Source of the DNA: Pelomyxa schiedti
Taxonomy: Eukaryota; Protista; Evosea
Direction: 5' to 3'
Assembly (NCBI GenBank): GCA_020536535.1
Contig: JAHLWZ010000751.1
Coordinates: forward strand, 62,001 to 126,000
Length of the DNA stretch: 64,000 bases
This document shows, piece after piece, positions 26,298 through 39,098 of the stretch. The notes under the pieces are model-generated. The model saw only the letters and a list, made by a program, of their open reading frames with translations. It did no database searches and was not told the origin of the DNA. The number at the start of each line of letters is the position of its first letter. Position 1 is the first letter of the stretch. Position numbers and translations under genes: made by a program.

Positions 26298-26849
26298 TCA
26301 GTCCTCCTTCTTCATCCTGCCAATGACCACCACCTCCACGGCGTCGCGCACCGCGTTGGTTGCTTTCTGCCTCTTCACCTTCCAGAACGCGCTGACCATG
26401 TTGGCGTCGCCGGCGAAGTCGAGCTTCTCCGCGACCAGCCTGGCCGCAGCTGCCCGCTCGTCCTCCGACATCCTGCCGAGCTCCGCGGCGGCCGACACGT
26501 CCGGCGGAGACGGCAGTAGGTACGCAAGCACCCCCGTTGTTGCCATCGACAGCATGATCACGAACAGGGCCTTGGACACCCCTGAGAAAATGCTGCTCAC
26601 CATGAAGACAAACGAGAACGCTCCTATCCAGAACCACTTTCTGTTGGTGCCAACAACAGTGTTAGTTAGTGGATTTCAAGGTTGTGTTGACCACGCAGCT
26701 AACGAAAGAGGGGAAAAAAAAAAAATACATAAAGCAGCACACTTAGAGGGTCGGCGGCAGAGGTAGGCATCGAGGGAACAGAATTTGTCCAACTCCAGGG
26801 CGAGTTCCAACAACTGTTCCTTTGTTGCAGCACCTTTCAGCAGGGACAT
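26298..26849 (-). CDS. Small two-exon membrane protein
   Basis: MSLLKGAATKEQLLELALELDKF..., one intron, then long hydrophobic WFWIGAFSFVFMVSSIF...LAYLLP. Confidence 0.6.
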
Positions 26850-26970
26850 TTTTGATGAAATTTGTTTAAGAGATATTAGATCACTGAGATGACTCGTAAA
26901 AGAAAAAAATATTTTTGTACAGCTTAGACTGTGTTGGTGCTAGATTTTTACACTGGATGGTTGTGTACTG

Positions 26971-28928
26971 TCACTCAATGTTGGTGTAATTGCCCAAAAC
27001 TTGTTCCATGGTGACAAAGGCTTCCTGCATGAAATCAGAAAAGTTCCAGTACAACAAAACCATACAGAAAAGAAGGCCTCATCTATTGAGTGAGCAGCAT
27101 AGTGATGGAGGTATGCCCGCGTTTCAAACATTTGCAGTGCTTTCTCAATTGTGCTTGAGAGGATCGGTATAACAGCTTGAGAGTTACTTTGATAAAAACT
27201 TAGGCTTTCAAAAAAAAAAGAAGAAAGAGCTCACGGATACCTTAATAATGCCGCGGACTTGTCGCACCCGCCTAAGGGCCAGTTGTGACCTGCAACCAAG
27301 AGCGGGTTTGTGTTCCATGAAGGATAGAGGATTTTTTGCTCCAGAGATTGGGGGTCCGCAGATGCCAGATTTCCACCTCGTAAAAACTTGAGAGTTAGAT
27401 AGAAATAACCCTCATTGAGGATAGTGCTTACTAGCATATTTGCCACTGATTTGGTAAACTTTCTAACCACTGGCCCTGAGACAGGATTAGCATAAAAGGA
27501 AAGTGCCTTCACTCAGACCTGGTCCAGATGGAAGTTGAAAAGACCAGTCCATCGATTCATCCATATGGGCATTTACAATTAGCATCTGCCTTAGGTACTT
27601 GAGGAGTGATGGCCAACTGTGGGAGGAAAAAGCCAAGCTGTCTTCTGGAATCTGAGGTTTTTTAGAGAGCCCATGTGAAAATATTTTTCTACCTGTGGGA
27701 TGGCTTTCATATTTAATAATTTGTACGATGGGTTACAGCACAAATGGGAAACAGGGTCAATTACGCTTCGAACTCTATCAGACAGGGACAGTCCTCCCAT
27801 CGGTACTGCTACACAACTGTTGAGCTCTGTAAGTATTTCTTGGGGACTGTGGAGTCTGGGGACAACTGAAAGCTTGGTAAAAGTACGTTGGCAATGTGTC
27901 TGGAGATCACTCTATTTATGTCTTGAAAAGTCACTTGATCAATCCTTAGAAGTTTAGTACAAATATCGTGCATGTGATCATTTTCAACCATCAGAACTGC
28001 GTCAGCATCCTGTCAGATTAATCACTTATAAAGCAGAAAAAGGAATAGAAACACTTGTATCATGTGTGCCAAAGACAGACAGGCATTGTAATTTTGCACG
28101 ATAACTTCTCCTGAAGAGTAAGGCCAAACCACAGTGTTCACAAGAGTGGACTTCGGATAGGAATCTCTCAGTTGCTCTGTAATATAGGATCCCACACCAG
28201 ACCCTGTTCCTCCAGCAAGGGATCCAAGAACCACAACACCTCCGGGAAGGTCCATAGACTCGTGTTCCCTTGTTGTGTAAGTGTAAAAGGCAATACCAAA
28301 TAAGAGCACAGAGAAACAGAGCACAAAAACTCGGAAGGGAAAAGGGATAAATAAAAGTGGGAAAAAAACTTAAGATTTGTAGCATACCTCCTGATGATGT
28401 TCTCAGTATTTGACCACACGATTGGGCCCATGTGGTTTCGCCCAAATGCCCAATTGTTTGCAGCCCCACTCTGAAGAGAGTAGCAATTCCTTGGGTTGTA
28501 GTCCCATGTAGGCGATCTCCTTGCTGTATCTAGTGCACAAGCAATCACCTTTGGCTCTGTGTCAATTAGAACTGCCCTTGCCCTCATTCTGCCACCCTAT
28601 TGGTGCAACCCACAGTCAAACATAGGCCAAATGCTATTGAATTCTATTCTCTTAATTTTGAGACACGAAAAATATCTTGTGATAGTTCATGGTTTTTTTG
28701 GTGCAATGTATTGTGGGAGTGCGATTTGTGCAATATATTCGGTGACTGCGGCACCTTGAATTAGGGGAAGCCAACCTTGGCTGCCGTTTCGACGAAGAAG
28801 GACGACATCACGTCCGCGAGGAAATCCGCGTCGCCGCTCGCCACTGCCTCCCCTGCCAATGTGCCAAACATCTCGGGGCCAAGTTGGTTCCCGCATTGGC
28901 CCACCTGCACCGTGACGACCTGGCGCAT
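26971..28928 (-). CDS. TUBD1: Delta-tubulin
   Basis: VVTVQVGQCGNQLG, RARAVLIDTEPKVI, SGAANNWAFG, SLAGGTGSGVGS, VWPYSSGEVIVQNYN, MFETRAYLHHY: the delta-tubulin pattern. Confidence 0.92.
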
Positions 28929-29177
28929 CACCACTGTTTTGGATTCTGCGATTAGTGTCAGGAGCCGGTCGGGAAGTGTGTACCAGACTGAGGGAGACCT
29001 AGGTTCAGAGAACTCAAAGAGTTTCTTGTTGGATCCCGGGGTTCGGGACTTTCCGTCGGACTCCTGGGGAACAACCCAGGTCAGCCAACAGATCCGAAAG
29101 GGAAACAAAAATATTCCTGTGTAAGCCGAACCAATCGCTTTTTTTTATTGGGATAGAGCAACACCCACAACCAGGGG
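28929..29177. promoter_or_regulatory. Putative bidirectional promoter between delta-tubulin and HELQ
   Basis: Two divergent ATGs about 250 bp apart; inferred from geometry only. Confidence 0.5.
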
Positions 29178-30055
29178 ATGTGCAGCCCCCCCTCCAAGAT
29201 ACAAAAGCTCAACTCACAGACCGAGTTCCGCACCCCCCTGTGCCTCCTCGAGGAGCTCGACCTCCTCCCCTCCGACGATCCCACTGGCTGCGCCCAACCA
29301 CCCACCCCACTGCCGCCGCCACCAAGCAACAACAACGGCAGTAACAGCACCAGCCCATCTTCGTCCTCTTCCTCGTCCTCGTCCTCGTCCTCACCCCCCT
29401 CTTCCTCCACGACCACCACCACAACCACGACCACTACCAGCACTAGTGCCACATCCACCTCTACGACTTGTCACTCCAGCAAGTCACCTGGGGCCGCCAC
29501 CAGCCCAACAAAGTCTACCTCTCCGTCGTCGTCGTCCCTGTCAGTATCCCGCGCGTCTGCCGCCGTTCACCGCCACGGCGCGAGCCAGCGCAACCACCCT
29601 CACAAATCTCACACACACTCCCAGCCAAAGCCAACCCCAATGCCAACGCCAATGCCGATGCCAAAGCAGCCAGAAGAGGCGCCGGAACAACAGCATGATC
29701 ATGATGCCAACAACGAGCACGGGCAAGAACATGACCGGGAGAATCACGAGCAGCTGCAGGCACCGCTGCTGTTGCCTGTGCAGCCATTGGTTCCTATTCG
29801 GATGTCTAGTGCTAGCTCGATTACTCCCACACCAGCGCCGAGGGCGGCGCACCAACACAGCCCAGTTTCCGCGGTGGTTAGCTCGCAACCTCAGTCTCAG
29901 AGCCGCAGCCACCAGCACCTGCACCAACACACTCACCAGCACTCGAGCCACACTCACTCACAGCCGCGCTTGCAATTGCAGGTGCAGACACGGCCGCAAC
30001 CACAAGCGGAGAAACATGGGGGACCCAATAAAGAACGGGAGCCTCCGCCACCGCC

Positions 30056-30091
<36 letters not shown>

Positions 30092-33000
30092 AGAGCTAAA
30101 GCACCATCAACAAGAAGCTCAGCCACCTCACGGGAACAATAAGCAGAGTGCCGTGTCGAAGGCGGCGATGCCGCTGTTGTGTGTGCCGTCGGCTGCTGGC
30201 GAGACCCAGCCTCCGGAATTGCCTGGGTTGGGTCCACTCAAGACATTGCCTGATGTGGTCCAAACACCTGTGGTGGTGACTGCAGACGAAAAGCCAGCTT
30301 CTTCTGATGTGGAACGTGTGGCAACAAGTTTCACTTTTGCACCTAAATTCTCTCCTTCCACGAAGCACGTCAAACAAGTGCAACAAGGGAAAAACCAGCC
30401 ACCGAAGGGCTTGCAGACAGGTGAGGAACTGAACAGAGTCAAGCCGTCAAATACGGACCGCATACAAGGCCCACAACAGCACCAATTACAACACGAAAGC
30501 ATTCCCGTTTTTGACTTAGACTCGAGCATGGACACTTCTACACCAACAAAGGATATTACTGTTACAGATGCACCCATACACGCAACAACCAGCTCACCTG
30601 CAAAGGACGTTGTTGTGACTGATTCTAGCCCAAGCTCTACCAACAGTTCACCCCGGCACAGTCCCCCTCCTTTGCAAGCCAAGACTTCTCCTTTGAAAAT
30701 ATCTTCCCCTGTTAGACACACTTTCCTCGTTCCCACAAGCCCAGAATCAAGCAGAGAATCCCCACCCAAGACAAGTTCCATTATAGGTCTATATTACACT
30801 ATCCACAAAAAAAAAGCTTACCCCTACACATTTCAGAGCCAAAAAAGCTAGTAGAGGGAACAATGGCACAGTGTGTCCTTGACTGGGGACTTCCAAAAAT
30901 TGTTACCGAGGTGTACTTATCTAGAGGAATTTCGAAATTGCACCCTTGGCAGTGGGAGTGCCTCAGCACATGTGGTCTCCAGAATGGGTCTAGTTTGGTA
31001 TTCTCACTTCCAACTTCAAGTGGGAAAACATTGGTGGCTGAATTGGCATTGATAAGATCCCTTCTTTCTGGTAAAAAAAAGGTAAATTAGAATATTTAAA
31101 TGTAATACCGACCTTCGTCATTTTAGGCTTTGTTGGTTCTTCCTTTCATAAGTATTGTTCAAGAGAAGGCCCGTTCATTTACTCTTTTTGGAGAGAAGCT
31201 CGGTTTCTCAGTTGAAGCTTACTTTCATAATCATGGAATGATACCCCTACCTCCTGCAACCATGCTTGCCATTGCCACAATGGAAAAAGCGAATCTCGTT
31301 GTGAATGACCTTATTGGCAGTGGCCGTCTGAGAGAATTGGGGTGTGTGGTGATTGATGAAGTTCATATGGTGGGTGAGAAGGATAGGGGATGGCAACTTG
31401 AGCTCCTTCTTTCAAAATTATTATTTGTTGGTGGGGGCAACATACAATTAGTCGCAATGAGTGCCACAATCTCCAATATTGAAGCACTTGGGCAATGGAT
31501 GTGTGCAAAAACTTTCACCCGCGATTTCAGACCTGTTGAGTTGAAAGAATATGTTGTTGCTGATCAAAATGTGTATGACACATCTGGCACATGTCTAAGA
31601 GCGTTACCCCCGGGAGACCGTAAGCCTCGTGATATTCCCTTCCCTGAATGATTCCCTTCAGGCATCTTTGAGTTGTGCTTGGAAGTTCCTACAGAATGTT
31701 CACTGATAGTTTTCTGCCCCACCCGAGAATTGACAAGGAAATGTGCCATTGACATTTCAAAAAAACTTGAGTCCTCAAATGAACTCCCTTCAAAAGATAC
31801 CCACTCTACCAATCCCAGTGCGCAAGTGTCAAACACCACAAAAACTACAGCAAGCACTACAATTGGAACCAAGGTAGCAACAGAAGATCCTCGCCAAGTT
31901 TTACTTAGAAATTTGGATGCTGTATCAGATGGTAACTTAGACAGAGTACTTAAACGTTCAGTTCCTTTTGGCGTGGCGTATCACAATTCAAGTAAGTGAG
32001 CCAAAATGCTCAGGGTTTGAGACTTAAAGGAATCACGACAGACCTCACCACGGAGGAACGGGAGCTTATTGAGGATGCCTACCATCAAAAAGTGATACGG
32101 ATCCTTGCAAGCACCTCCACTCTAGCTGCTGGTGTCAATCTTCCAGCAAGACGTGTTATTCTTCAATCCCCTCTTGTTGGGAGAGATTTGATGTCACCTA
32201 AGTATTATCGCCAAATGTCCGGTACCTCCTCTGTTTCAGTATATTTTTATATACTGTTCTTACCTTCTCTCCCTTTCATCTACTACCAACAAGAATATAG
32301 GAAGAGCAGGGAGAGCTGGCCTAGACGCCTTTGGAGAGTGCTTTCTACTGACCACTGAGAAAGATAAAGAGAAGGCTTTCCAGCTTACTCACGCACCTAT
32401 GCCTTTCCTGAAGAGTTGTATTTTGGATGAAGCAGATTGTTGTGCCGTGCACCGCATGACTCTAGAGGGCATATGCGGTGGCTATGCCTGCACACTTCCT
32501 GGTATTTTCCTCTTTTTTTGGTACTTTCGCTTTCTGAAACTATCTATTAGATTTAATAGCCTTTCTTAAATGCACACTGCTTGCTGTGCATTTTAACCCA
32601 GAAAAGTTGACCAGTTTAGCCGAAAACGCTCTTGCTTACCTCAAAAAAAATGAGTTCCTATTGGAAGAACCTTTGGGTGACACTGATGTTAAAAGGTTGG
32701 CTTTTTTTCTTTACAGAGCGGCTCAGTATTTTTAACAGATACAAACCGTCGAACTTGGGGAATGCAACATATCATTCTAGTTTTACAGATCCCGAAGTTT
32801 CTATCTATTCCCGTTTGTAGTTAAATTAACTTCCAACAGGCCAAGTTAGTCAACTCGGAATTGCAAAGAGCTAGAGAAGGCTTAGTTTTAGTTGACGAAT
32901 TGCACATGTGTTATCTGGTTACACCTCTGTTTGATCTAGCTCCTCCCAACTGGAATCATTTCTACAATAAAGTGTGGACTGGAGTGAAACTCGAACAGGT

Positions 33001-33778
33001 ACATTCACCGGAACCATTACATTTTAAAGTTGACTATCTATTGGTAGAAAAAGATAGCTTTGAAGTTGGGGATCAGTGATGCGTTCCTCATCTCCAAGTG
33101 CGGCGGATTTGTAACCAAGGACGGAGCCAGAGATCGTGTCGCTTGTAGATTGTAAGTTTACTCCCAAGAGTCTAGTCTAGCTCTACCATGATATGAACAA
33201 CAAAAAAACTCACAGCACAGGTACCATGCACTTGCTCTGCTAGACCTGACTCATGAAGTGTCTCTTCAAGAAGTTTCTACACGCTTTGGGATGACACGAG
33301 CAACTCTGGAGGGCTTAATGCAAAACTCTGCTGCATTTGCCGGAAGCATGGTACAATTTTGCAAGCATGCCGGATTTTGGGACTTGGAAGCCCTGCTATC
33401 GTGCTATTTGAAGCGGCTGAACTTTGGTGTAAAGCCGGAACTTATTCCCCTAACAGGTGGCTCCATCACAGCTTTTACGTTTTACCTAACCACCTCTCTA
33501 GATATCAACGGAGTCGGGCGTTCTCGTGCAAGAGCATTATGGGAGGCAGGTTATCGTTCCGTTAAGGCTATATCAATGGCAAATGCTGCAGATCTGCAAA
33601 GAAGTGTAAAGTACCTTGGCCCATACCCTGCTGCTTCTGCAAATATGGTTTCACTGAAATTAATTTGGAGTGTGCATAACCCAATGCTTAGATAATACGA
33701 AGTGCAACTGAGGTATTGAGGCAACAAGCAGAAAAACTGAGGCAAGAAGCTGAGGCTCTGTTGACGGGCTTCCCGTGA
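29178..33778 (+). CDS. HELQ: HELQ/Hel308-type SF2 DNA helicase with a long disordered N-terminus
   Basis: SLPTSSGKTLVAE, VIDEVHMV, MSAT, GVAYH, STLAAGVNLPARRV, GRAGRAG, HhH-like GVGRSRARALWEAGY; stop at 33778 with no polymerase domain. Confidence 0.85.
30057..30092 (+). repeat. (GAGCAG)n coding repeat, poly-EQ
   Basis: Directly visible in the first HELQ exon. Confidence 0.9.
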
Positions 33779-33868
33779 AAATTATGAAATGTATTTATGT
33801 GTGTAAATAATAGAAAACCCAAGGAAAGACTCAAAAGAGGGCTTTTTTTTTTGTGGTTGATCTGGTTA

Positions 33869-35840
33869 CTACAGTGGTATTACTACCGGTTTCATTTCCA
33901 TTTGGCGCTTTGCCTCTAGAATTCGTATTTTCTCTTCCACCTCTATGATTAGAAGTTAAAAAGGGAACACAGAAACAAAAAACCAAAAAAACGAAAGAAA
34001 AATCTTCTACACACCAGGTGGCAAAGGTTGCCCTTCTGGAACACTTTCTCTAGCACTTTTGATTTCCTTATCTATTTGCTTGATCCTCCTGTAAGGCCAC
34101 TTTCTTGATTTGTTCACAACAGCAGCAAAGTGCTTGCTGAGCGTGGTGTTCTTCATCCCAAGCCTTGCTGCTGCCTCCTTCTGTGGTAGGCACAGGTACT
34201 CTGTGATATCAACATATCTGCGGCCGGAAGCTTGTGAGTGAGAAGGATGCCGTCTTGGTCGTGATGAAGTGGTAGTGCTACTGGTAGTTGTTAGGGCTAA
34301 TTCTTCCTGTTGGGTGTGTGTAAGTGGGACAAGTCAGACAACAAACAGAACTTACCCCTGGGTTGGAACCATGGTTGGGGGAGTGACTGGGAGAGTACTC
34401 AATGAGAGCCTCAGATTCTTGCTCTGAGTCTTCGTCCTCGGAAGAAACAGAGGAATTTGAAGAGTGGCCTGGTGAAGACATCATCATGCTACCACGGAAC
34501 AATGGGGAACTAGCTTTCGCTGTCGTTGGGCTGCTCATTGAGGGCGAATTGCTGGTTGCATTATCACTTGCTGCCGAAGAGGAGGTGGTTGTGGTTGTAA
34601 AGAAGTGAGGTGGGGAAGGTGGGAGGAATTGATTTGAATCAGTCATCCTATCTGAGGAATGTTGCTGGCAGAGGATCGATGGACTCAATTGTTGTGCGGG
34701 AGGAGATGGTGCTATTGTCCGATTCTGATGTTGTTGTTGGAAAGAAGCTGAGGATGAAGGTGAATGACACCGGGTTAAAAACGGTGGCGATGGGGAACTG
34801 CAGACAGGAAATGATCTCTGTGAACTACTAGTATGTACAGAACTCTGTGTGGGGTAGGGTGTAGCAGATGAACCTCTGCGAAGAAGAGAAAGAAGTGCGT
34901 GCAGCTGAGGGAAGTTTACTTCCACTTGGTGTGCACAATCTATCCCAGAGGAAAGAACAGGGCCCTGAACGGACTGAACAGGAATTGTAGGACCAGGAGT
35001 TGGAGATTGGTTTGTGTAGCAAGTGTGAGCATCATACCCGGTGGTATTAGTAACAGAATTGTCTCCGTGAGGAATTCTCTGCTGTGTAACGTGTTGTGGA
35101 TCCCGCCCCGGGGATAGAGGAGTTAGTTGAGTGTGTGAACTCTGACCCATATCAAAGCAGGAAGCCGCGGAACATGAAACCGTAGGAGAACCACTAGTTA
35201 ATCTGACCGGTGATCCAGAAAGAGTTCTGAGAGGAATCAGTTGAGGAGGTACACCACCCCGAGGTGACACAGAAGCCATCATGGGACTCCCAGGCACGTG
35301 AATTTGGTTCTGCAGCAAGTGCTGCTGCTGCTGCGGCTGTCTATTTGAGCAGGCAGAATCCATCGAAGCCGGAAGTGTCAGCGAGGGCATAAGCAAGGGG
35401 TAAGAGTCAATTTGGCAGGGGGACAAAGACGAGGGAGAGGAAGACGAGGGGGAGCCTCTGCAGGGGGAGGCAGACGGGGCTGCGGCGGAGGCGGAGGCGG
35501 ACGCGGTGTTGTGCAATGCATTTGTGGCCTCCAGGCTGTCCTTGAGCCTGGCGAGCTGGGGAAGCAGCCCCGGGGGCAGGGACCGCGGGTCGACGTTGAA
35601 CTGGACCAGGCCGTTGATGGCACTCTGCAGGGCGGTCAGGGTCTCGCGGCTCAGCAGTTGCTCATCGGAGGAACTCCGCTCGAAAATCCTGCAAAGTTGC
35701 TCTATCTGTTGCTCCTCCTTGCTGTGCTGGATCAATTGCTGCAACACCCGTAAGAGCTCCTCGGGGTCTTGGGCCGGCGGCGGGCCGCTGGGAGGGACTG
35801 GGGGCCCCGAAACCGGGCAGGCCTCCTCGGCCTCGTGCAT
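33869..35840 (-). CDS. RWP-RK domain transcription factor
   Basis: Exon ~34020-34275, absent from the ORF track, reads YVDITEYLCLPQKEAAARLGMKNTTLSKHF...RKWPYRRIKQIDKEI; S/P/Q-rich N-terminus. Confidence 0.88.
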
Positions 35841-36159
35841 CCCGCGCAGTGGGTGGTTTCTGACTGACTTTTCCGTTAGTTTTCTGATCAGCTGAGGTGA
35901 TTATTATTTAACAAATCATGGACTGGGGACGTTGTTTCTGGTTTTCTCGTTGTTAACTGTTGGATCGTCGAAATCGTTTAGGCAACGCCACCTGGTCCTA
36001 CCTTTCTTTTAAGTACGTTGTTGAAGTTGACCTCTTGTGAACGTCACTAACCACCACTCGGAATTGTCAAAAACGCGGGTGGCAGTGAACTTTCGTCCTC
36101 CCGCATTTCGCGTAAATGACCGTGTAAAGGGGAGGAAGGCGAAGGGAACTTTGTTTTGG

Positions 36160-37960
36160 TTAGGACAGCGAGATTCGAAGCGTCCTGGCCAGGTGCCTCC
36201 TGAAGGCTGGCGTGTGGTCATCGTCCTCAGAGTATGGTTCGTAGGACATGACGAGGTTGTAGACGTCGCGGACGGTGTAGCTGGCTCTTTGCATTGCCTG
36301 ATTAATCGCCGAAAGTTCCCGCAGTATGCCTTGATCACCCCAGGTGGAGAACTCCATGCGAAGTCCTGAGGCGGAGGCCGCAATGACCTGCTGCAGGAAC
36401 TTGAGCCGTATATCTCCTCCCTGTTTTGTTTGGAGAGCATTGTAAGTGCGGAAGTTTCCGGGTGTTTAGAGGTTGAGTGCTTACAAATGCGCCACAACCC
36501 CACCCACCAGTTGATATGGTATTGGCATGGGGTGGGTTGCTGGGGTCCCCGCGGAAACCAACATACGCTTTTTCTATATCTCGAATAATGCACTCTTTGT
36601 TGAATTGCACAAGCATAACAGCATCTATGGCTACAATTTGTGGGATAGGTAAATCGCCTGCCTCTGTCGGGCTGAAGATGCCTTGATTAACAGTCAATGG
36701 AGAGTGATAGACAAGGATGGAGATACCCGCAAATTTAAACGTATTTGAATATCCCGTATATTTTACAGTTTGTGGAGCCCCAGACATGATTATGGCCTCG
36801 TGGTCTCTCATTCGCTGTGAAAAGAGCATTCCAATGAACAAATAGGGTCTAACAGAAAATAAGATCTCCTCCTAATTTTGTGTGAGTGTTTCAGCTGCCA
36901 ATTAGCAGTACTTGTGTTGCAGATGGGATTATACTTCCTATGTGCAGATCGGCATTTGCAAAATCCACAAACATTCCAATTCCAGGAATTTCCATCGCGC
37001 CTGTGTGAATATTCACTGGGGAAATAGGAACGTTCAACGTTTCCCATCTGGGGAACCGAGAGACGTCCAAAAAGCTTCGGTGAAATGTTACGGCGCCTGC
37101 GGAAATTGAGCACGCCAGGATCAGTGGGCTTGGTGGTCACGCTTACCCTTTTCCATGTAATCTGGAAAACACAGCGCCATGTAGAATGTTGAAATGAAGC
37201 ATTTTATCCTCTCTACCCCAACACGGTATGAAGAGCCATAAACTAGTAGCCAATCAATTTGCCCCCATTCAACGGGAGCAAACCCAAATGGTGGCTGCGG
37301 AAGAGCAGCAATTTGATCAGCATAGTCCACTTGGTTGCCAAAAAAGGCATTTGCCAGCAGAGATAAGCACACAGGATTTGGGACTGTCACACTGGCCGTG
37401 TGGCCAGCTTGCAATACTTGAAGTCCTGTGCCATTTTCCCACTCTGCTAGAACCCGCGGAAGCCTGAGAGCAAGAGCTTGTATTTTTGGCAGAACAGCAT
37501 CGTAGAAAGAAGGTGCATGCTGACTCCCAACAGTAGAAGCTGCACTAGAGGATGCAGTGGAATCCGTGGCACTATTTGCTTGCACGGATTCCGAGCACAA
37601 AGTAGAGGAAGTTACAGGAACAGGAAGAACAGATGTTGCAGCTGGAGTGCCAAACCAATCAATGGCCTCCTGCAACCCAACAAGGGGTGCTGCCTTTTCG
37701 TACTCTAAAACAACGTTTCTGGGCTGGGTTCGCACAACAGAATATGCTCTTTGGTGAATGACATTAACAGCCTCACGAAGCCTTCAAAAAAAAAAAAAAG
37801 ACTGAGTTAAAAAATAAACGGCGGGAAAGGAAGAGATAGACGAGGCTCACTGCTTCCAGGAAGAAATAGGCTTCGAAAGAACTGAGGCTACAAAAGACCA
37901 GTGATCAGAGTAACTAGGTACGAACCGAAACGGTGGTAGCGACGATACGGCCTTGGACAT
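36160..37960 (-). CDS. PARG: Poly(ADP-ribose) glycohydrolase
   Basis: CLSLLANAFF, VDFAN...TQEEILF, IVAIDA, RDIEKAYVGF, ISTGGWGCGAF. Confidence 0.9.
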
Positions 37961-38395
37961 ATTTTATGGAACAAATGGGAATTTTCTTCTGGAGAAGAAG
38001 GCAAATCTTGCCAATTCGCGTGGAGTGTTATCCAATTGGCAGAACTTGCAGGCAACTCAAATTCCATAAGCGGGGGGGACAGATGGGAGAGCTCGTTCCT
38101 TATGTTCGACCAGAGTAATTTGCTTGATTATGCTGGTTGATGTGGTAGATGTTGATGGATCTCAACTAATATATGTTTCCTTTCTCTGCCTTGGAGAGTG
38201 ATGAGAACGCTAAACTTAGCGCAATCGGTGTAACAACGGTAATCCCGAATAAGCAAAGAAGAGGAATAATCAACCACAAACCAACAAACCGACAAACCGT
38301 CGGTTGGAAACAAACACAAAAACAGCACAAACACCCCGGCCTGAAAACAAAACAAAAAAAAAACAAAAAACAACAACAAAAAACCTCTCGTCGAC

Positions 38396-38974
38396 ATGGG
38401 GCACCACAAAACACCAGCGGTTGTGATGGGCATCATTCTGTCCTCTACATTTGCTCTTGCCACGGCTCTTAGTGCGGCCTTGGTTGGCCTGTTTGTGCAC
38501 TGGATTTGGAACGCCATCGACCCTTCTTGGAGCGAAGCTAGTGGGTATATTATCATTGGTGCCATCGCCGAAATTTTGGGCTTTGCGCTTGTGGTGTGTT
38601 TTTTTTTTAAAAAAAATCGCCTCACCGCTTTTTTAGGGCATTGCCCTTGCAAATTTGATTGTATTTTCCATTGTAGGCCACCATCTCCAGAACGGGGCAG
38701 GTTTTTTCGTTTCTTTCGTTTTCAAAAGAAGTAACTGCTTGTAGTTTATGTGATAGGAATCATAGCCTTCGTGTTCTGTCTGATTTTGTCAGTTATTTAT
38801 CTGATAACAGTTTGTAAGTTTTTGCACGTCCGTAACAAATTGTGTTGTAATCTAATTATCCCAAAAGGGTTTTTCCCAATTGTGGCCTTACCTGCTGCCA
38901 CTGTCTCTTTGGCCATGTCTACAACCATCACAGTCCTCACAATGGCAAGTCATGAGAAGGAGGAATCCTCGTAA
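38396..38974 (+). CDS. Small protein with about four transmembrane segments
   Basis: Three hydrophobic exons joined by GT-AG introns. Confidence 0.65.
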
Positions 38975-39098
38975 GGATTCAGTTTGTTTTTGTAGTAGGA
39001 AAATTTTGTGCAAGCTGGAAAATTGCATATATGAGTTTCTTCTTTTATTGTTGATGTGTGGTGGTTTCTTTTGTACAATCCGTGTTACATTCTTCAAA

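Noticed and set aside
29178-33778. DNA polymerase theta
   Set aside because: The gene stops after the helicase HhH region and the next gene is convergent, so there is no polymerase domain.
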